NCBI GenBank assembly: GCA_035275285.1
Contig: DATENA010000247.1
Span: 241 to 64,240 of the forward strand
Reading direction: 5' to 3'
DNA length: 64,000 nt
DNA from: Fibrobacteria bacterium
Lineage (GTDB): Bacteria; Fibrobacterota; Fibrobacteria; UBA11236
This document shows positions 17,423-27,113 of this stretch, one piece after another. A program made the position numbers and the translations under genes. The notes under the pieces are model-generated. The model was not told the origin of the DNA and searched no databases. It was given only the letters and a program-made list of their open reading frames with translations. The stretch's first letter is position 1, and the number at the start of each line of letters is the position of its first letter.

Positions 17423-18613
17423 ATGCGTATCATCACCCTCGCTATTCTTTGCGCTCTCGCGGTACTGCCGGCGCGCGCTACCGTTCTCGGCGATGCCGCC
17501 GCGAACCTGAAGCCCGGGGAATGGGTTTCGTTCTCCGCCAAGGGCTGGAGCAGCGCCCTCATCACCACGGGCGTCGACAACATCCTCAACTATTCGAACT
17601 CCGGCGTCTGGGATCCCATCAAGAAGGAAATCCGGTTCGTGGGGCAGGGCCATTACGAAGCCGAGAAGATGATCATCTATGATGACGCCACGAACACCTG
17701 GCGGAACGCCTCCCCTCCGGTGGGGAGCGGGATCGGCCATGGCTATGATCACAACACCATCAACACCGTGACCGGCATCTCCTATTACCGCAAGTATTAC
17801 TCCACCGGCATCTACGCGTTCCAGAACAACGCGTGGAGCAAGCTGACCAACATGCCGGGAACCGAAGACGATTATTCCTGCTGCGGCGCCCTGGTCTACT
17901 TCAACGACTACAACGGGCTCACCTTCTGGGGCGGCGGCAAGCTGTACGGATTCCGCGACAACAAGTGGACCACGCTCAAGACCGGCTTGGCCATGGGCGA
18001 TTACCATAACGTGGCCGAATACAGCAGGCAATACGGGCTGGTTTTCGGCGGCGGCGGCAACGGCAGCAAGAGCCTTTTCGCGATGGACGGCAAGGGAAAC
18101 GTCACCGCCGTACCCGCCGCGCCCACGGGCCTGGGCGTGAACACCGGGCTCATGAGCGTGGATCCCGCCACCGGCGAACTGCTGGTCATCGGCGGCAGCG
18201 GCACGTTCCACGCATATTATCCCGCCGCCAAGACCTGGAAGAACCTTCCCAATCCGCCCACGAAGTTCCTGGAATTGGAGGGCCTGGCGACCAAGATGAC
18301 CGTGGCCATACCCATCGATACGTACGGAATCACCATGTTCCTCCACCGGGACGGCGTCGATCTGTACAAGCATATCCCCTCGGGACCCGTGGTCGTGGGA
18401 CTGGGCCGGAGCGGGGCCGCCCCCCGGATCCGCACCGGCGGCGGCATGGTCGCCTTCGGGTCCGATTGGAGCGCGAATCCCGCGTACCAGGGTTTGCAGG
18501 CGGTAACCTTGATGGGACGCAACCTGCCTGCGCTTACCCAGGGCGGGGACGCCGGGTCCATCCGGATGCGGCCTTCGGCGGGCGTCTATATGATGCTTCC
18601 CGAGCGGCGCTGA
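17423..18613 (+). CDS. secreted Kelch-like repeat (beta-propeller) protein, hypothetical
   Basis: Signal peptide MRIITLAILCALAVLPARA. Repeated units with conserved W (IYDDATNTW, AFQNNAWSKL, GFRDNKWTTL, YYPAAKTWKNL) and GG pairs, as in Kelch/galactose-oxidase propellers. Confidence 0.5.
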   Translation: MRIITLAILCALAVLPARATVLGDAAANLKPGEWVSFSAKGWSSALITTGVDNILNYSNSGVWDPIKKEIRFVGQGHYEAEKMIIYDDATNTWRNASPPVGSGIGHGYDHNTINTVTGISYYRKYYSTGIYAFQNNAWSKLTNMPGTEDDYSCCGALVYFNDYNGLTFWGGGKLYGFRDNKWTTLKTGLAMGDYHNVAEYSRQYGLVFGGGGNGSKSLFAMDGKGNVTAVPAAPTGLGVNTGLMSVDPATGELLVIGGSGTFHAYYPAAKTWKNLPNPPTKFLELEGLATKMTVAIPIDTYGITMFLHRDGVDLYKHIPSGPVVVGLGRSGAAPRIRTGGGMVAFGSDWSANPAYQGLQAVTLMGRNLPALTQGGDAGSIRMRPSAGVYMMLPERR

Positions 18614-18777
18614 AGTCCCCCCGGGCCCGCTTCCGGAGGCGCGCTCCCGGTCCCGCGGGGCTCACTTGTTTCCGATCCCGCCAATTCTTACCTTTCCGGC
18701 TCCTGACGCGGACGTTCCGTCATCACCCTTCGAGGCCGCCGTCCGGACGCCTGGCCGCGGAAAGGAGCCTGTACAGC

Positions 18778-19833
18778 ATGTCTTTGACCGGGGTCGTCAA
18801 GGAAGCGGGATTTCGCGCCCTGGGCAGCGTCCTGCAGGCCGGATCTTCCGGAAGGGGCCTTGTTTCCGGGCTGGACGCGATCGCCCTGCGCGGGCGTCCC
18901 ATTCCCCGCGTCACCCGCAATCGCATCCCCCGGTTCCAAATCCTCGTCTACCACCGGGTGCTTCCGGACAACGATCCCTTCGCCATGTCCCCGGTCAGCG
19001 TGTCCGCCTTCGATCGGCAGATGGCGTTATTGGGTTCCCGTTTCCGGGTGGTCTCCCTGGATCAGTTGACGGACGAGCTGGATGCGGAAAGCCTGAAGCC
19101 GGGAACCGTATGCGTGACGTTCGACGATGGGTACCGCGACAATCATGACCATGCCATGCCGGTCCTTTTGAAGTACGGGATTCCCGCCACCATCTTCCTG
19201 GCCACGGGATTGATCGGCACGGGGGAATCCTCCTGGTACGACAAGGTGCTGGCCATCCTGCGGGAAACGCGCGCGGGCTCCCTGGATTTCGCCCCGGCCG
19301 GGCTGCGCAGCGCGGACCTGGCGCGGCCGGAAACGCGGAGCGCCTTGGCCCACCGTCTCCTGGAATGGCTCAAGGGTTTCGCGCCCGCGGAGAGGGACGA
19401 CCATATCCGGGATCTGGGCAAGTCGCTGGGCTGCGGGCCGGAGGCGGCCTCCAAGGCCATGCTCGATTGGGACCTGGTCCGCGCCATGCACGCGAAGGGG
19501 ATCGCGTTCGGCGCGCATACGGTGAACCATCCGATCCTTGCGAAAGTGGGGGAAGCGGAAATGGACGCGGAGATCGGGGCCTCCAAGGCGGCCATCGAAA
19601 AGGAACTGCAACGGGAAACCCGCCATTTCGCCTATCCCAACGGCCGGCGCGGGGATTACAACGCCGACACCATCCGATTGCTGAAAAAGCACCGCTTCTC
19701 CCTGGCGTTGACCACCAACCCCGGCGTCAACGGTCCGGAGCAGGATCGCTTCCAGTTGCTCCGCCGCCAGCCCTGGGAGGACAGCGTGGACAGCCTGTTT
19801 TCCCGCATGCTCATGGAGAGGCTGACGACTTAG
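18778..19833 (+). CDS. polysaccharide deacetylase (NodB homology domain), PEP-CTERM locus subfamily
   Basis: ATG at 18778 after an AAAGGAG RBS. NodB motifs VCVTFDDGYRDNHDHAMPVL and GAHTVNHP are present. 351 aa. Confidence 0.8.
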   Translation: MSLTGVVKEAGFRALGSVLQAGSSGRGLVSGLDAIALRGRPIPRVTRNRIPRFQILVYHRVLPDNDPFAMSPVSVSAFDRQMALLGSRFRVVSLDQLTDELDAESLKPGTVCVTFDDGYRDNHDHAMPVLLKYGIPATIFLATGLIGTGESSWYDKVLAILRETRAGSLDFAPAGLRSADLARPETRSALAHRLLEWLKGFAPAERDDHIRDLGKSLGCGPEAASKAMLDWDLVRAMHAKGIAFGAHTVNHPILAKVGEAEMDAEIGASKAAIEKELQRETRHFAYPNGRRGDYNADTIRLLKKHRFSLALTTNPGVNGPEQDRFQLLRRQPWEDSVDSLFSRMLMERLTT

Positions 19834-19900
19834 AACCTTGGATCGCGCCGAATAGTTAGCTTTACTCCCCTAACCTATGTCGATCAGCGTGCAAGGAAAA

Positions 19901-21370
19901 ATGGCCCGGGGGGCCGTATGGATGATCCTGTTCAAGTGGGTCGAACGCGGTCTCGGCCTCGTGAGCACCTTGATCCTGGTCCGCTTGCTTTCCCCGGCGG
20001 ACTTCGGGATGGTCTCCATGGCCCTTTCGTTCATCTTCATGGCCGAACTGCTCTCGGCCTTCAGCTTCGACATCGCGCTCATCCAGAACCAGGCCGTCAC
20101 GGACGAGCATTACCATTCGGCATGGACCGCGAACATCATGCTGGGCGGCTTCATCTCCGTCCTGATGCTGGGCCTGGCCCTGCCCATTTCCCATTTCTAC
20201 AAACAGCCGGCGGTCTTCCCGGTCATCTGCGCCCTGTCCCTGGGCCCTCTCCTGGGGTCGCTCGAGAACATAGGCATCGTGGCGTTCCGCCGGAATCTTG
20301 ATTTCCGCCGCGAGTTCATCTTCCAGGTCAGCCGCAAGATCATCGCCACCTCCGTCACCATCCCCCTGGCCCTGGCCTTGCATTCGTATTGGGCGCTGGT
20401 GGCCGGCATCCTGGCCTCCAAGGCGGGCGGAACCGCGATGAGCTATTGGGTGCAAGCCTTCCGCCCGCGCCTTTCCTTCAAGGAAGTGGGATCCCTCATG
20501 AGTTTCTCGCGCTGGCTGCTGCTCAACAACTTCGTCAACTTCCTCAAGGAAAGGTCCACCGACTTCGTGATCGGCCGCTTCTTCGGCCCCGGGCCGCTGG
20601 GCATGTACAACGTGAACAACGAGTTCGCCAGCATGGCGAGCAACGAGATGGGCCAGCCCATCAACCGCGCCCTGCTTCCCGGGTTCGCCAAGCTGGCGGG
20701 GGATGAAAAGGCGATTTCCCGGACCTTCGCGAACGCGGCGGGAATGGTGGCCGTGCTGGCCGTGCCCGCCGCGGCCGGCATCTTTGCCGTCGCTCCCTAC
20801 CTGGTCCCCGTGGTGCTGGGCGCCAAATGGCTGCCCGGCGTGCCGGTCATGGAAGTGCTCAGCCTGAACAGCGCCCTGGTGGTATTCCAAGGCACCATCG
20901 TGACCGCCCTGGTGGCCACGGGCAATCCGTTCGCCGCCACCAGCACCAACGTCTTGTTCGTGGCCCTGCTCCTGGCGGGAATGTTCCTGCTGACCGGGAG
21001 GTTCGGGCCCTTGGGCGCCGCTTTCGCCGTCTTCGCCGCCTGCGCGGCGACGACGCCGGTCTTCCTGTGGCAACTGAAGCGGCATGCCCGCGTGCCCGTT
21101 TCCAACTTCTTCCGCGTCACGGTGAGGCCCGCGCTCGCCTCCGCCGCGATGATCGCGGCCGTGCGATGGGCCCTTCCCGCCTACGTGCCGGGGATGGGAA
21201 GCGCCAGGGCGGGCCTGCTGCTTGCATGCGGCGTGGGCATGGGCGTATTGGTGTACGCCTGCGCCATGCTGGCGTTGTGGACCTCCATGGGACGGCCGGA
21301 CGGCGCCGAGAAGCAGGTGTTTTCCCGCCTCAAATCGCGCGTTCCCGCCTGGATGCCCATTCCGGGTTGA
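19901..21370 (+). CDS. polysaccharide biosynthesis protein / Wzx-like flippase (MOP superfamily)
   Basis: About 12-14 TM helices. The N-terminus is the Polysacc_synt type (ILFKWVERGLGLVSTLILVRLLSPADFG). ATG at 19901 with an AAGGA RBS. Confidence 0.75.
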   Translation: MARGAVWMILFKWVERGLGLVSTLILVRLLSPADFGMVSMALSFIFMAELLSAFSFDIALIQNQAVTDEHYHSAWTANIMLGGFISVLMLGLALPISHFYKQPAVFPVICALSLGPLLGSLENIGIVAFRRNLDFRREFIFQVSRKIIATSVTIPLALALHSYWALVAGILASKAGGTAMSYWVQAFRPRLSFKEVGSLMSFSRWLLLNNFVNFLKERSTDFVIGRFFGPGPLGMYNVNNEFASMASNEMGQPINRALLPGFAKLAGDEKAISRTFANAAGMVAVLAVPAAAGIFAVAPYLVPVVLGAKWLPGVPVMEVLSLNSALVVFQGTIVTALVATGNPFAATSTNVLFVALLLAGMFLLTGRFGPLGAAFAVFAACAATTPVFLWQLKRHARVPVSNFFRVTVRPALASAAMIAAVRWALPAYVPGMGSARAGLLLACGVGMGVLVYACAMLALWTSMGRPDGAEKQVFSRLKSRVPAWMPIPG

Positions 21371-22512
21371 TGGCGATGCCGCGCATCCGCATCCTGCACA
21401 TCGTCCATTCGCTCGGTTACGGGGGAATGGAAAGCCGCATCGCCCGCCTGGCGCGCGGCCTTCCGCGCGAAACCCATGAAGTGGAAGTGCTGAGCTTCAA
21501 GGCCGCCTCCACGGGGAAACTGGAATTGGCGGCGGGCGTTCCGCACCGTCTTTTCCCCATCCCTTCCGGTTTGCATCCCTTGCTGCTGCTGCGCCTGGCC
21601 CTGGCCGTCCGCCGGGGCGGATACGACATCGTGCATACCCACAACTGGTCCAGCATGTTCTACGGCGTGGCCGCCGCCGCGCTGGCCCGCGGGCCGGTGG
21701 TGGTGCACGGGGAACACGGGCTGAACCGGTCCGATCTGTCCGGGATCCCCTGGAAGCGCCTGGCCGCGCAGCGGGTGCTGGCCCGCATCGCCGACTGGAT
21801 CGTTCCCGTGAACGGGGTCATCGCCGCCCACGTGCGCAAGGCATGGCGCCTGGACGATTCCAGGATGACCGTGATCCCCAACGGCGTGGACCTGGAGCGC
21901 TTCGCGCCCGCGCCGCCGGGTCCCGCTCCGGAAGGATTCGCGCTGGGGATGGTGGGCCGCCTGGACGACGTGAAGGACATCGGCTGCGCGTTGCGCGCCG
22001 TGCGCCTTTTGATCGATCAAGGCAAGGGCGAAGGCCTCCGCCTGATCCTGGTCGGCGAGGGGCCGATGCGGGAACGGCTCGGAGCCTTGGCCGCGGAGAC
22101 GGGCGTCGCGGATCGGGTCGAGTTCGCCGGCGCCAGGAGCGACGTCGAAGCCTGGTACCCGCGCTTCCACCTCTACCTGAACACCTCCGTCTACGAGGGC
22201 ATGTGCAATACGCTCCTGGAAGCCATGGCTTGCGGCCTTCCGCTCGTGGCGTCCCGGGTGCCGGGAAACGCGGCCTGGCTCAAGGAAACGGAAAACGGCC
22301 TTTTCTTCGAGGCCGGGGATGCGCGGGGATTGGCGGGATGCATCGAGGCGTTGCGCGCCGATCCGCATGCGCGCGGCGCCATGGGCCGGCGCAACCGCCT
22401 GCGGGCGGAAACGGAGTTCGACAACCGGCGCTTCATCGAAGCCTATGCGGGCCTGTACGCGCGCCTGCTCGCGAACCGCGATCGCGCGCGCGGCGGCGGC
22501 AAGCCCGGTTAG
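21370..22512 (+). CDS. glycosyltransferase family 4
   Basis: TGATG overlap with the upstream stop. MAMPRIRILHIVHSLGYGGME... and the C-terminal EGMCNTLLEAMACGLPLVASRV (E-x7-E region). Confidence 0.8.
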   Translation: MAMPRIRILHIVHSLGYGGMESRIARLARGLPRETHEVEVLSFKAASTGKLELAAGVPHRLFPIPSGLHPLLLLRLALAVRRGGYDIVHTHNWSSMFYGVAAAALARGPVVVHGEHGLNRSDLSGIPWKRLAAQRVLARIADWIVPVNGVIAAHVRKAWRLDDSRMTVIPNGVDLERFAPAPPGPAPEGFALGMVGRLDDVKDIGCALRAVRLLIDQGKGEGLRLILVGEGPMRERLGALAAETGVADRVEFAGARSDVEAWYPRFHLYLNTSVYEGMCNTLLEAMACGLPLVASRVPGNAAWLKETENGLFFEAGDARGLAGCIEALRADPHARGAMGRRNRLRAETEFDNRRFIEAYAGLYARLLANRDRARGGGKPG

Positions 22513-22554
22513 GGCGCGGATTCGCCCGTCCGCCCCGGAAACGACCGGCGGCCT

Positions 22555-23751
22555 TCAACGGCCCGCGGCGCGGGCCGCCAGCGAATCGAAAATGGGCCGC
22601 AACTGGTCGGAGACCTGGCTCCAGGTGCGCGCGCCCCCGCTGCGGGCGATGGCCTCCCGATCCCAGGAGGCGGCGAGCGCTTTTTCCAAGGCCTTGGACA
22701 GGGCTTCCGGCGTCCGCTCCGGTATCAGCATGCCCAGTTCCGGACCGGTGACGATTTCGGGCATGCCCCATACCCGCGTGCCCACCACCGGCAGTCCGCA
22801 GGCCAGGGCTTCGCATACGGCGTTAGGCCAGCCTTCGCGGGAGCTGGCCATGACGAACACGTCGCTGGCGGCGTACCATTCCGGCAGGGCGTCGTTGCCC
22901 ACGGCGCCGGGAAAGATCACCCGGTCCGCGATGCCCAGCTCGGAGGCCAGGCGGTGCAGGGCGTTCCGCATTTCGCCGTCCCCGGCCACCGCTACGCGCA
23001 GGTCTCCACGCTCGCGCAGCATGGAGAACGCGCGCAGCAGGATGTGGAAGCCTTTCCTTTCGGTCAGGTGGCCCACCGAAAGGATGATGCGCCCTTCCGC
23101 GGGCAACTTTAGATTGCGCCGGGAAACGTCCTTGGGCAATGGCCGGAACCTGGCGGTGTCCACGCCGTTGCCGATCACGGAGATGCGGGCCGGGTCCATG
23201 CCCAACTCCAGGGCGACGGTCTGGAGATCGGAGCATACGCAAATCAGGTGGCCGCAGGTCCCCAGATTTTCCCTGATCCGGCGGCGGATGGCCGGAAAAC
23301 GGGGAAACAGGTTCAGATCCGTGCCGCGCGCGGACAGGAGCACGGGCGCGCCCGCGAGGCGCCCCGCTTCCAAGGCGGCGGTGGCGTCCGGATAGATGTA
23401 ATGCCCGTCGACGAGATCCACCGGCCGGCGGGAGTGGATTTCCCGGACCAGGCGGCGGATGCCCATGGCCATGGAGCGTCCCTGGAACCGCATTCCGATA
23501 TTGGGCGCCACCAGGTACCGCGGATGATGGACCGGGTAGCCGCGATCCTGCTCCAGCTTCGGGACGCGGGCGAACCTGTCGTAGACCTCCGAGGTGGGGA
23601 AGGGCAGCCGGGGATACCATGGGACCGGGGCGATGACCGTCCACGCATGGCCGTAGCGCTTGGTGAAATCCTCCATGCGCGCCCGGATGAAAAGCCCGTG
23701 CACGGGCTGGACCGAGTTGGGAAACAGGGAGGTGATGGTCAGGATATGCAT
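22555..23751 (-). CDS. glycosyltransferase family 4
   Basis: Start MHILTITSLFP with a GAGGAG RBS. C-terminal ...EGWPNAVCEALACGLPVVGTRV. Confidence 0.8.
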   Translation of the reverse strand: MHILTITSLFPNSVQPVHGLFIRARMEDFTKRYGHAWTVIAPVPWYPRLPFPTSEVYDRFARVPKLEQDRGYPVHHPRYLVAPNIGMRFQGRSMAMGIRRLVREIHSRRPVDLVDGHYIYPDATAALEAGRLAGAPVLLSARGTDLNLFPRFPAIRRRIRENLGTCGHLICVCSDLQTVALELGMDPARISVIGNGVDTARFRPLPKDVSRRNLKLPAEGRIILSVGHLTERKGFHILLRAFSMLRERGDLRVAVAGDGEMRNALHRLASELGIADRVIFPGAVGNDALPEWYAASDVFVMASSREGWPNAVCEALACGLPVVGTRVWGMPEIVTGPELGMLIPERTPEALSKALEKALAASWDREAIARSGGARTWSQVSDQLRPIFDSLAARAAGR

Positions 23752-23800
23752 GGCGCATGCTCCTCGCGGGTCCTTCCGGAGCGCAGCCCGGGCGAAAGCT

Positions 23801-24997
23801 TCATGGGAGCCCCAGGATGGCCAGGATCTCGCCGGCATGGCGGTCCCAGGTGAGTTCGGCGAAGACGTGCGCCCGCGCCTTGAGGCCCAGGGCGCGGGCC
23901 GATTCCCGGTCCGCCATCAGGTCCAGGATGGCGTCCTTCATGGCGGACATGTTCCCGGCGGGGAAGATCCTCCCCATGGAGCCGTCCATCAGGGCCGCGC
24001 GCACGGAGGGCAGATCCGGGGCCACGATGGGCAGTCCCATGGCCATGTATTCGATCAGTTTCATGGGCGAGGCGTGGGCCGCGGCCTTGGGGATCACGGC
24101 GATATCGAACACGGCCAGGTATCCGGGCACGGCGTCGATGGGAAGCATGCCGGTGAAATGCACCCGGTCGGCCACTCCCAGGGCTTCGGCCTTGGCCATG
24201 ACGTCCGCGCGGGCCGGACCGTCCCCCACGAAGAGAAAGCGCAGGTTGCGGGCCTTCGCCTCGGGCCCCAGCCGTTCCACCAAGTCTGCCAGGCCATGCC
24301 ATTCCAGGAACTGCCCCGCGCCTCCCAGCACGATCGCGTCCTCCAGCCCGAGCGCCCGGCGCACCGCCTCCCGGTCGAAGCCGCGATCGAAGCGCCGCCG
24401 CGTCACCGCATTGGTCATGACCTCGATGCGGATCCCGCGGGCGCCGAACCGGTCGAGCAGTTGCCGGCGGAAGCGCTCGGTGATCGTGATGGAAAGGTCC
24501 GCGGAACGGAGGCAGCAGCCTTCCAGGAAGGAAGACACGGCCCTGAGCTCCAAGGGACGGCTGCGCTCGATGACGACGCTGTCGTTCACTTCCAGCACAT
24601 GCTTGATCCCCAGCAGCCGGCACAGCAGGGAAGGCGCGAAGGTGTTGAGGGAGTAGCGCTCGTAGATGAGCGCGGGCCGGTTCCGCAGGCAGCGCCGGGC
24701 CAATTGCAGGAACAGCAACCCGTTGTAAGCGAGCTCGATGCCCTCGAATAGGATCTGGGGCGCCTGGTCGGCGATGATGCGGTAGAGGCGTTTGGGGGCG
24801 GGCCCGGGCTTTCGCGGCGGCGTCCGGACCCCGGCTTCCGCGCCGGCCGGGACCGGAGGCGCTTCGGCCGGGTTGCAGCCGGGCAGGCAGAGCATGGAGG
24901 TCTCATGGCCCAGGTCCCGGAAAGCCTCGTACATGCCTTTGATGTGGGCGCCCTCGGCTCCCACGCCTTGCGTCCTGTGGGTATAGAGTATCCTCAT
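23801..24997 (-). CDS. glycosyltransferase family 4
   Basis: Start MRILYTHRTQG. C-terminal ...SPMKLIEYMAMGLPIVAPDLP. The upstream part of ORF 23801..25186 is out-of-frame noise. Confidence 0.8.
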   Translation of the reverse strand: MRILYTHRTQGVGAEGAHIKGMYEAFRDLGHETSMLCLPGCNPAEAPPVPAGAEAGVRTPPRKPGPAPKRLYRIIADQAPQILFEGIELAYNGLLFLQLARRCLRNRPALIYERYSLNTFAPSLLCRLLGIKHVLEVNDSVVIERSRPLELRAVSSFLEGCCLRSADLSITITERFRRQLLDRFGARGIRIEVMTNAVTRRRFDRGFDREAVRRALGLEDAIVLGGAGQFLEWHGLADLVERLGPEAKARNLRFLFVGDGPARADVMAKAEALGVADRVHFTGMLPIDAVPGYLAVFDIAVIPKAAAHASPMKLIEYMAMGLPIVAPDLPSVRAALMDGSMGRIFPAGNMSAMKDAILDLMADRESARALGLKARAHVFAELTWDRHAGEILAILGLP

Positions 24998-25019
24998 CGC
25001 GGGCCTGTCGTCCGGAGCG

Positions 25020-26921
25020 TCAAGCGAAGCGCCGATGCCAGAGCGCGAAGGAGAGCAAGGCGAAAATCGGATAGGTGTTGTCGCGCATGCCGCTTTGATG
25101 ATCCTTCCAAAGCCGCTCCAGATAGGGCCTTTCGAACAGTCCCGAGGAGGGCAACCCCCCCGGCCCCAACAGCAGATCCTCCGCATAACCCCGGAGGTCC
25201 TTCTTGAGCCAGGGCCCCACCGGCGCGGAGAATCCGGACTTGGGCCGGGAGAATATCTCCGCCGGCAGGATCCGCTCGAGCGACCGCTTGAAAATGTATT
25301 TGCCCGCTTTGCCGCGGAGCTTCCACTCCGAGGGCAGGCGGGCGGCGAGTTCCACCACCTTGTGGTCGAGCACGGGCACGCGTACTTCCAGGGAATGCGC
25401 CATGCTGGCGCGATCCACCTTGACCAGGATGTCGTCCGCCAAGTAGGTCTTGAAATCCAGGTACTGGACGCGCGAAAGGGGATCGCGGCTTCGGCAGCGC
25501 TGCCAATGGGCCTCGAACACGGACAGCGAATCGTAGCCGGCGAGTTCGCCCTTCAGGTCTCCGCTGAAAAGCTCCCGCTTCATCCCGGGCTGGAAATGCG
25601 AAAGGCTGGTGAAATACCCGCGCACGGGCGGGTAGGAGAGATTGAGGAGAAGGGTCTTGGCCCTGAGCGGCCGGGGCAGCCAATCGGCCTTGGGGTACAG
25701 CGTGCCCAAAAGGCGGAAGAGGGGCGTGCGCACCCCTCCCGGAAGGCGGGCGCGCAGGCGGTTCTCCATGCGATCGAAGTAATACCTGCGGTAGCCGGCG
25801 AAGTTCTCGTCCCCGCCGTCGCCGGAAAGGGCCACCGTGACCCTTTGGCGCGCCATGGCGCATACGTAGTAGGTGGGGATCATGGAGGGATCCGCGAAAG
25901 GCTCGTCGTAGAACCATGCCAATTTGTCCATGACTTCCACGGCCTCGGGCTCCACCTGGTAGTCCCGGTGATCGGCCTTGAGGAAAGCGGCCGTCCGGGC
26001 GGCCAGGCCGCTTTCGTCGTAGGACTTGTGGCTGAAGCCGATGGTGTTGGTAAGGATGGGTTGGCGGGAATTCCGGGCCATCAGGGCCACCACCGCCGCC
26101 GAGTCCACGCCGCCGCTCAGGAAGGCCCCCAGGGGCACGTCGCTTTCCATATGCGAGCGCACGGCGTCTTCCAGGGTGGCCAGCACCTCCTCGCGGGCCC
26201 GCTCGAAATCCTTGGGGGAGGCGGGATCGGACGCATCGGTGAATTCCAGGTCCCAATAGGATCGGATCACCGGGTCCCCGCCGGGGAAGGCCTTGAGCCA
26301 GTGGCCCGCCGGAAGCTTGCGGATGCGCTTGAAGATGGATTTTGGGGCGGGAACGTACATCAGGGAGAAATAGTCGGAAAGGGCTTGCGGATCCATCTCC
26401 CGCGACATGCCGGGGAACTCCAGGATGGCCTTGCATTCGGAGGCGAAGAGCAGGTTCCCCTCATGGGTGCCGTAATAAAGGGGCTTGATGCCGAGGCGAT
26501 CCCGGGCCAGGAACACCGAACCGTCCCGGTGATCGTAGACGGCGAATGCGAACATGCCCCTGAGCCTGGGGAGGCACTCCGCCCCCCATTCCTTATAGGC
26601 GTACAGCAGGGTTTCCGTATCGCAGCGGGTACGGATGGGATGGCCCTTGGCCGCCAGCTCCGCCTTCAATTCCCCGTGGTTGTAGATTTCCCCGTTGAAG
26701 ACCAGGGTGAGCCTCTCTCCCGCGTCCGTCATGGGCTGGATCCCGTGGGTCAGGTCCAGGATGCTGAGCCTTTTATGGGCCAGGGCGGCCTTGCCGGAGG
26801 GATGGACGAAAACGCCTGTCTGGTCCGGGCCCCGGTGGTGGAGGCTTTGGTTCATTCTCCCGATTATGGAGGCCAGGTCGGGTACGGGTCGGGGTCCGAT
26901 AAGGCCTACTAAACCGCACAT
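25020..26921 (-). CDS. asnB: asparagine synthase (glutamine-hydrolysing), exosortase A system-associated amidotransferase
   Basis: MCGLVGLIG (Cys2), SGGVDSA PP-loop, 633 aa. Confidence 0.9.
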   Translation of the reverse strand: MCGLVGLIGPRPVPDLASIIGRMNQSLHHRGPDQTGVFVHPSGKAALAHKRLSILDLTHGIQPMTDAGERLTLVFNGEIYNHGELKAELAAKGHPIRTRCDTETLLYAYKEWGAECLPRLRGMFAFAVYDHRDGSVFLARDRLGIKPLYYGTHEGNLLFASECKAILEFPGMSREMDPQALSDYFSLMYVPAPKSIFKRIRKLPAGHWLKAFPGGDPVIRSYWDLEFTDASDPASPKDFERAREEVLATLEDAVRSHMESDVPLGAFLSGGVDSAAVVALMARNSRQPILTNTIGFSHKSYDESGLAARTAAFLKADHRDYQVEPEAVEVMDKLAWFYDEPFADPSMIPTYYVCAMARQRVTVALSGDGGDENFAGYRRYYFDRMENRLRARLPGGVRTPLFRLLGTLYPKADWLPRPLRAKTLLLNLSYPPVRGYFTSLSHFQPGMKRELFSGDLKGELAGYDSLSVFEAHWQRCRSRDPLSRVQYLDFKTYLADDILVKVDRASMAHSLEVRVPVLDHKVVELAARLPSEWKLRGKAGKYIFKRSLERILPAEIFSRPKSGFSAPVGPWLKKDLRGYAEDLLLGPGGLPSSGLFERPYLERLWKDHQSGMRDNTYPIFALLSFALWHRRFA

Positions 26922-27113
26922 ATCCGGGGAAAGTTAAATAAAATCGCCAGTCCCTTGTCTTTTGCGGGCCCAGTGGTCGAAAATACCTGCTGGGGCTTGG
27001 CGGGGCGCGGATGCGTTCCCGCATTTCCGACTCCTTACATGCCGGAACGAGAATGTAAATTGGAAAACCGGACCCCATTCGAAGCCACCATGTACCTTGC
27101 AGAGGAATAGACC

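Noticed and set aside
22513-22554. Terminator hairpin between convergent GT4 genes
   Set aside because: Only a weak 5-bp stem (ccgcc/ggcgg) with a 12-nt loop and no U-tract. Not convincing.
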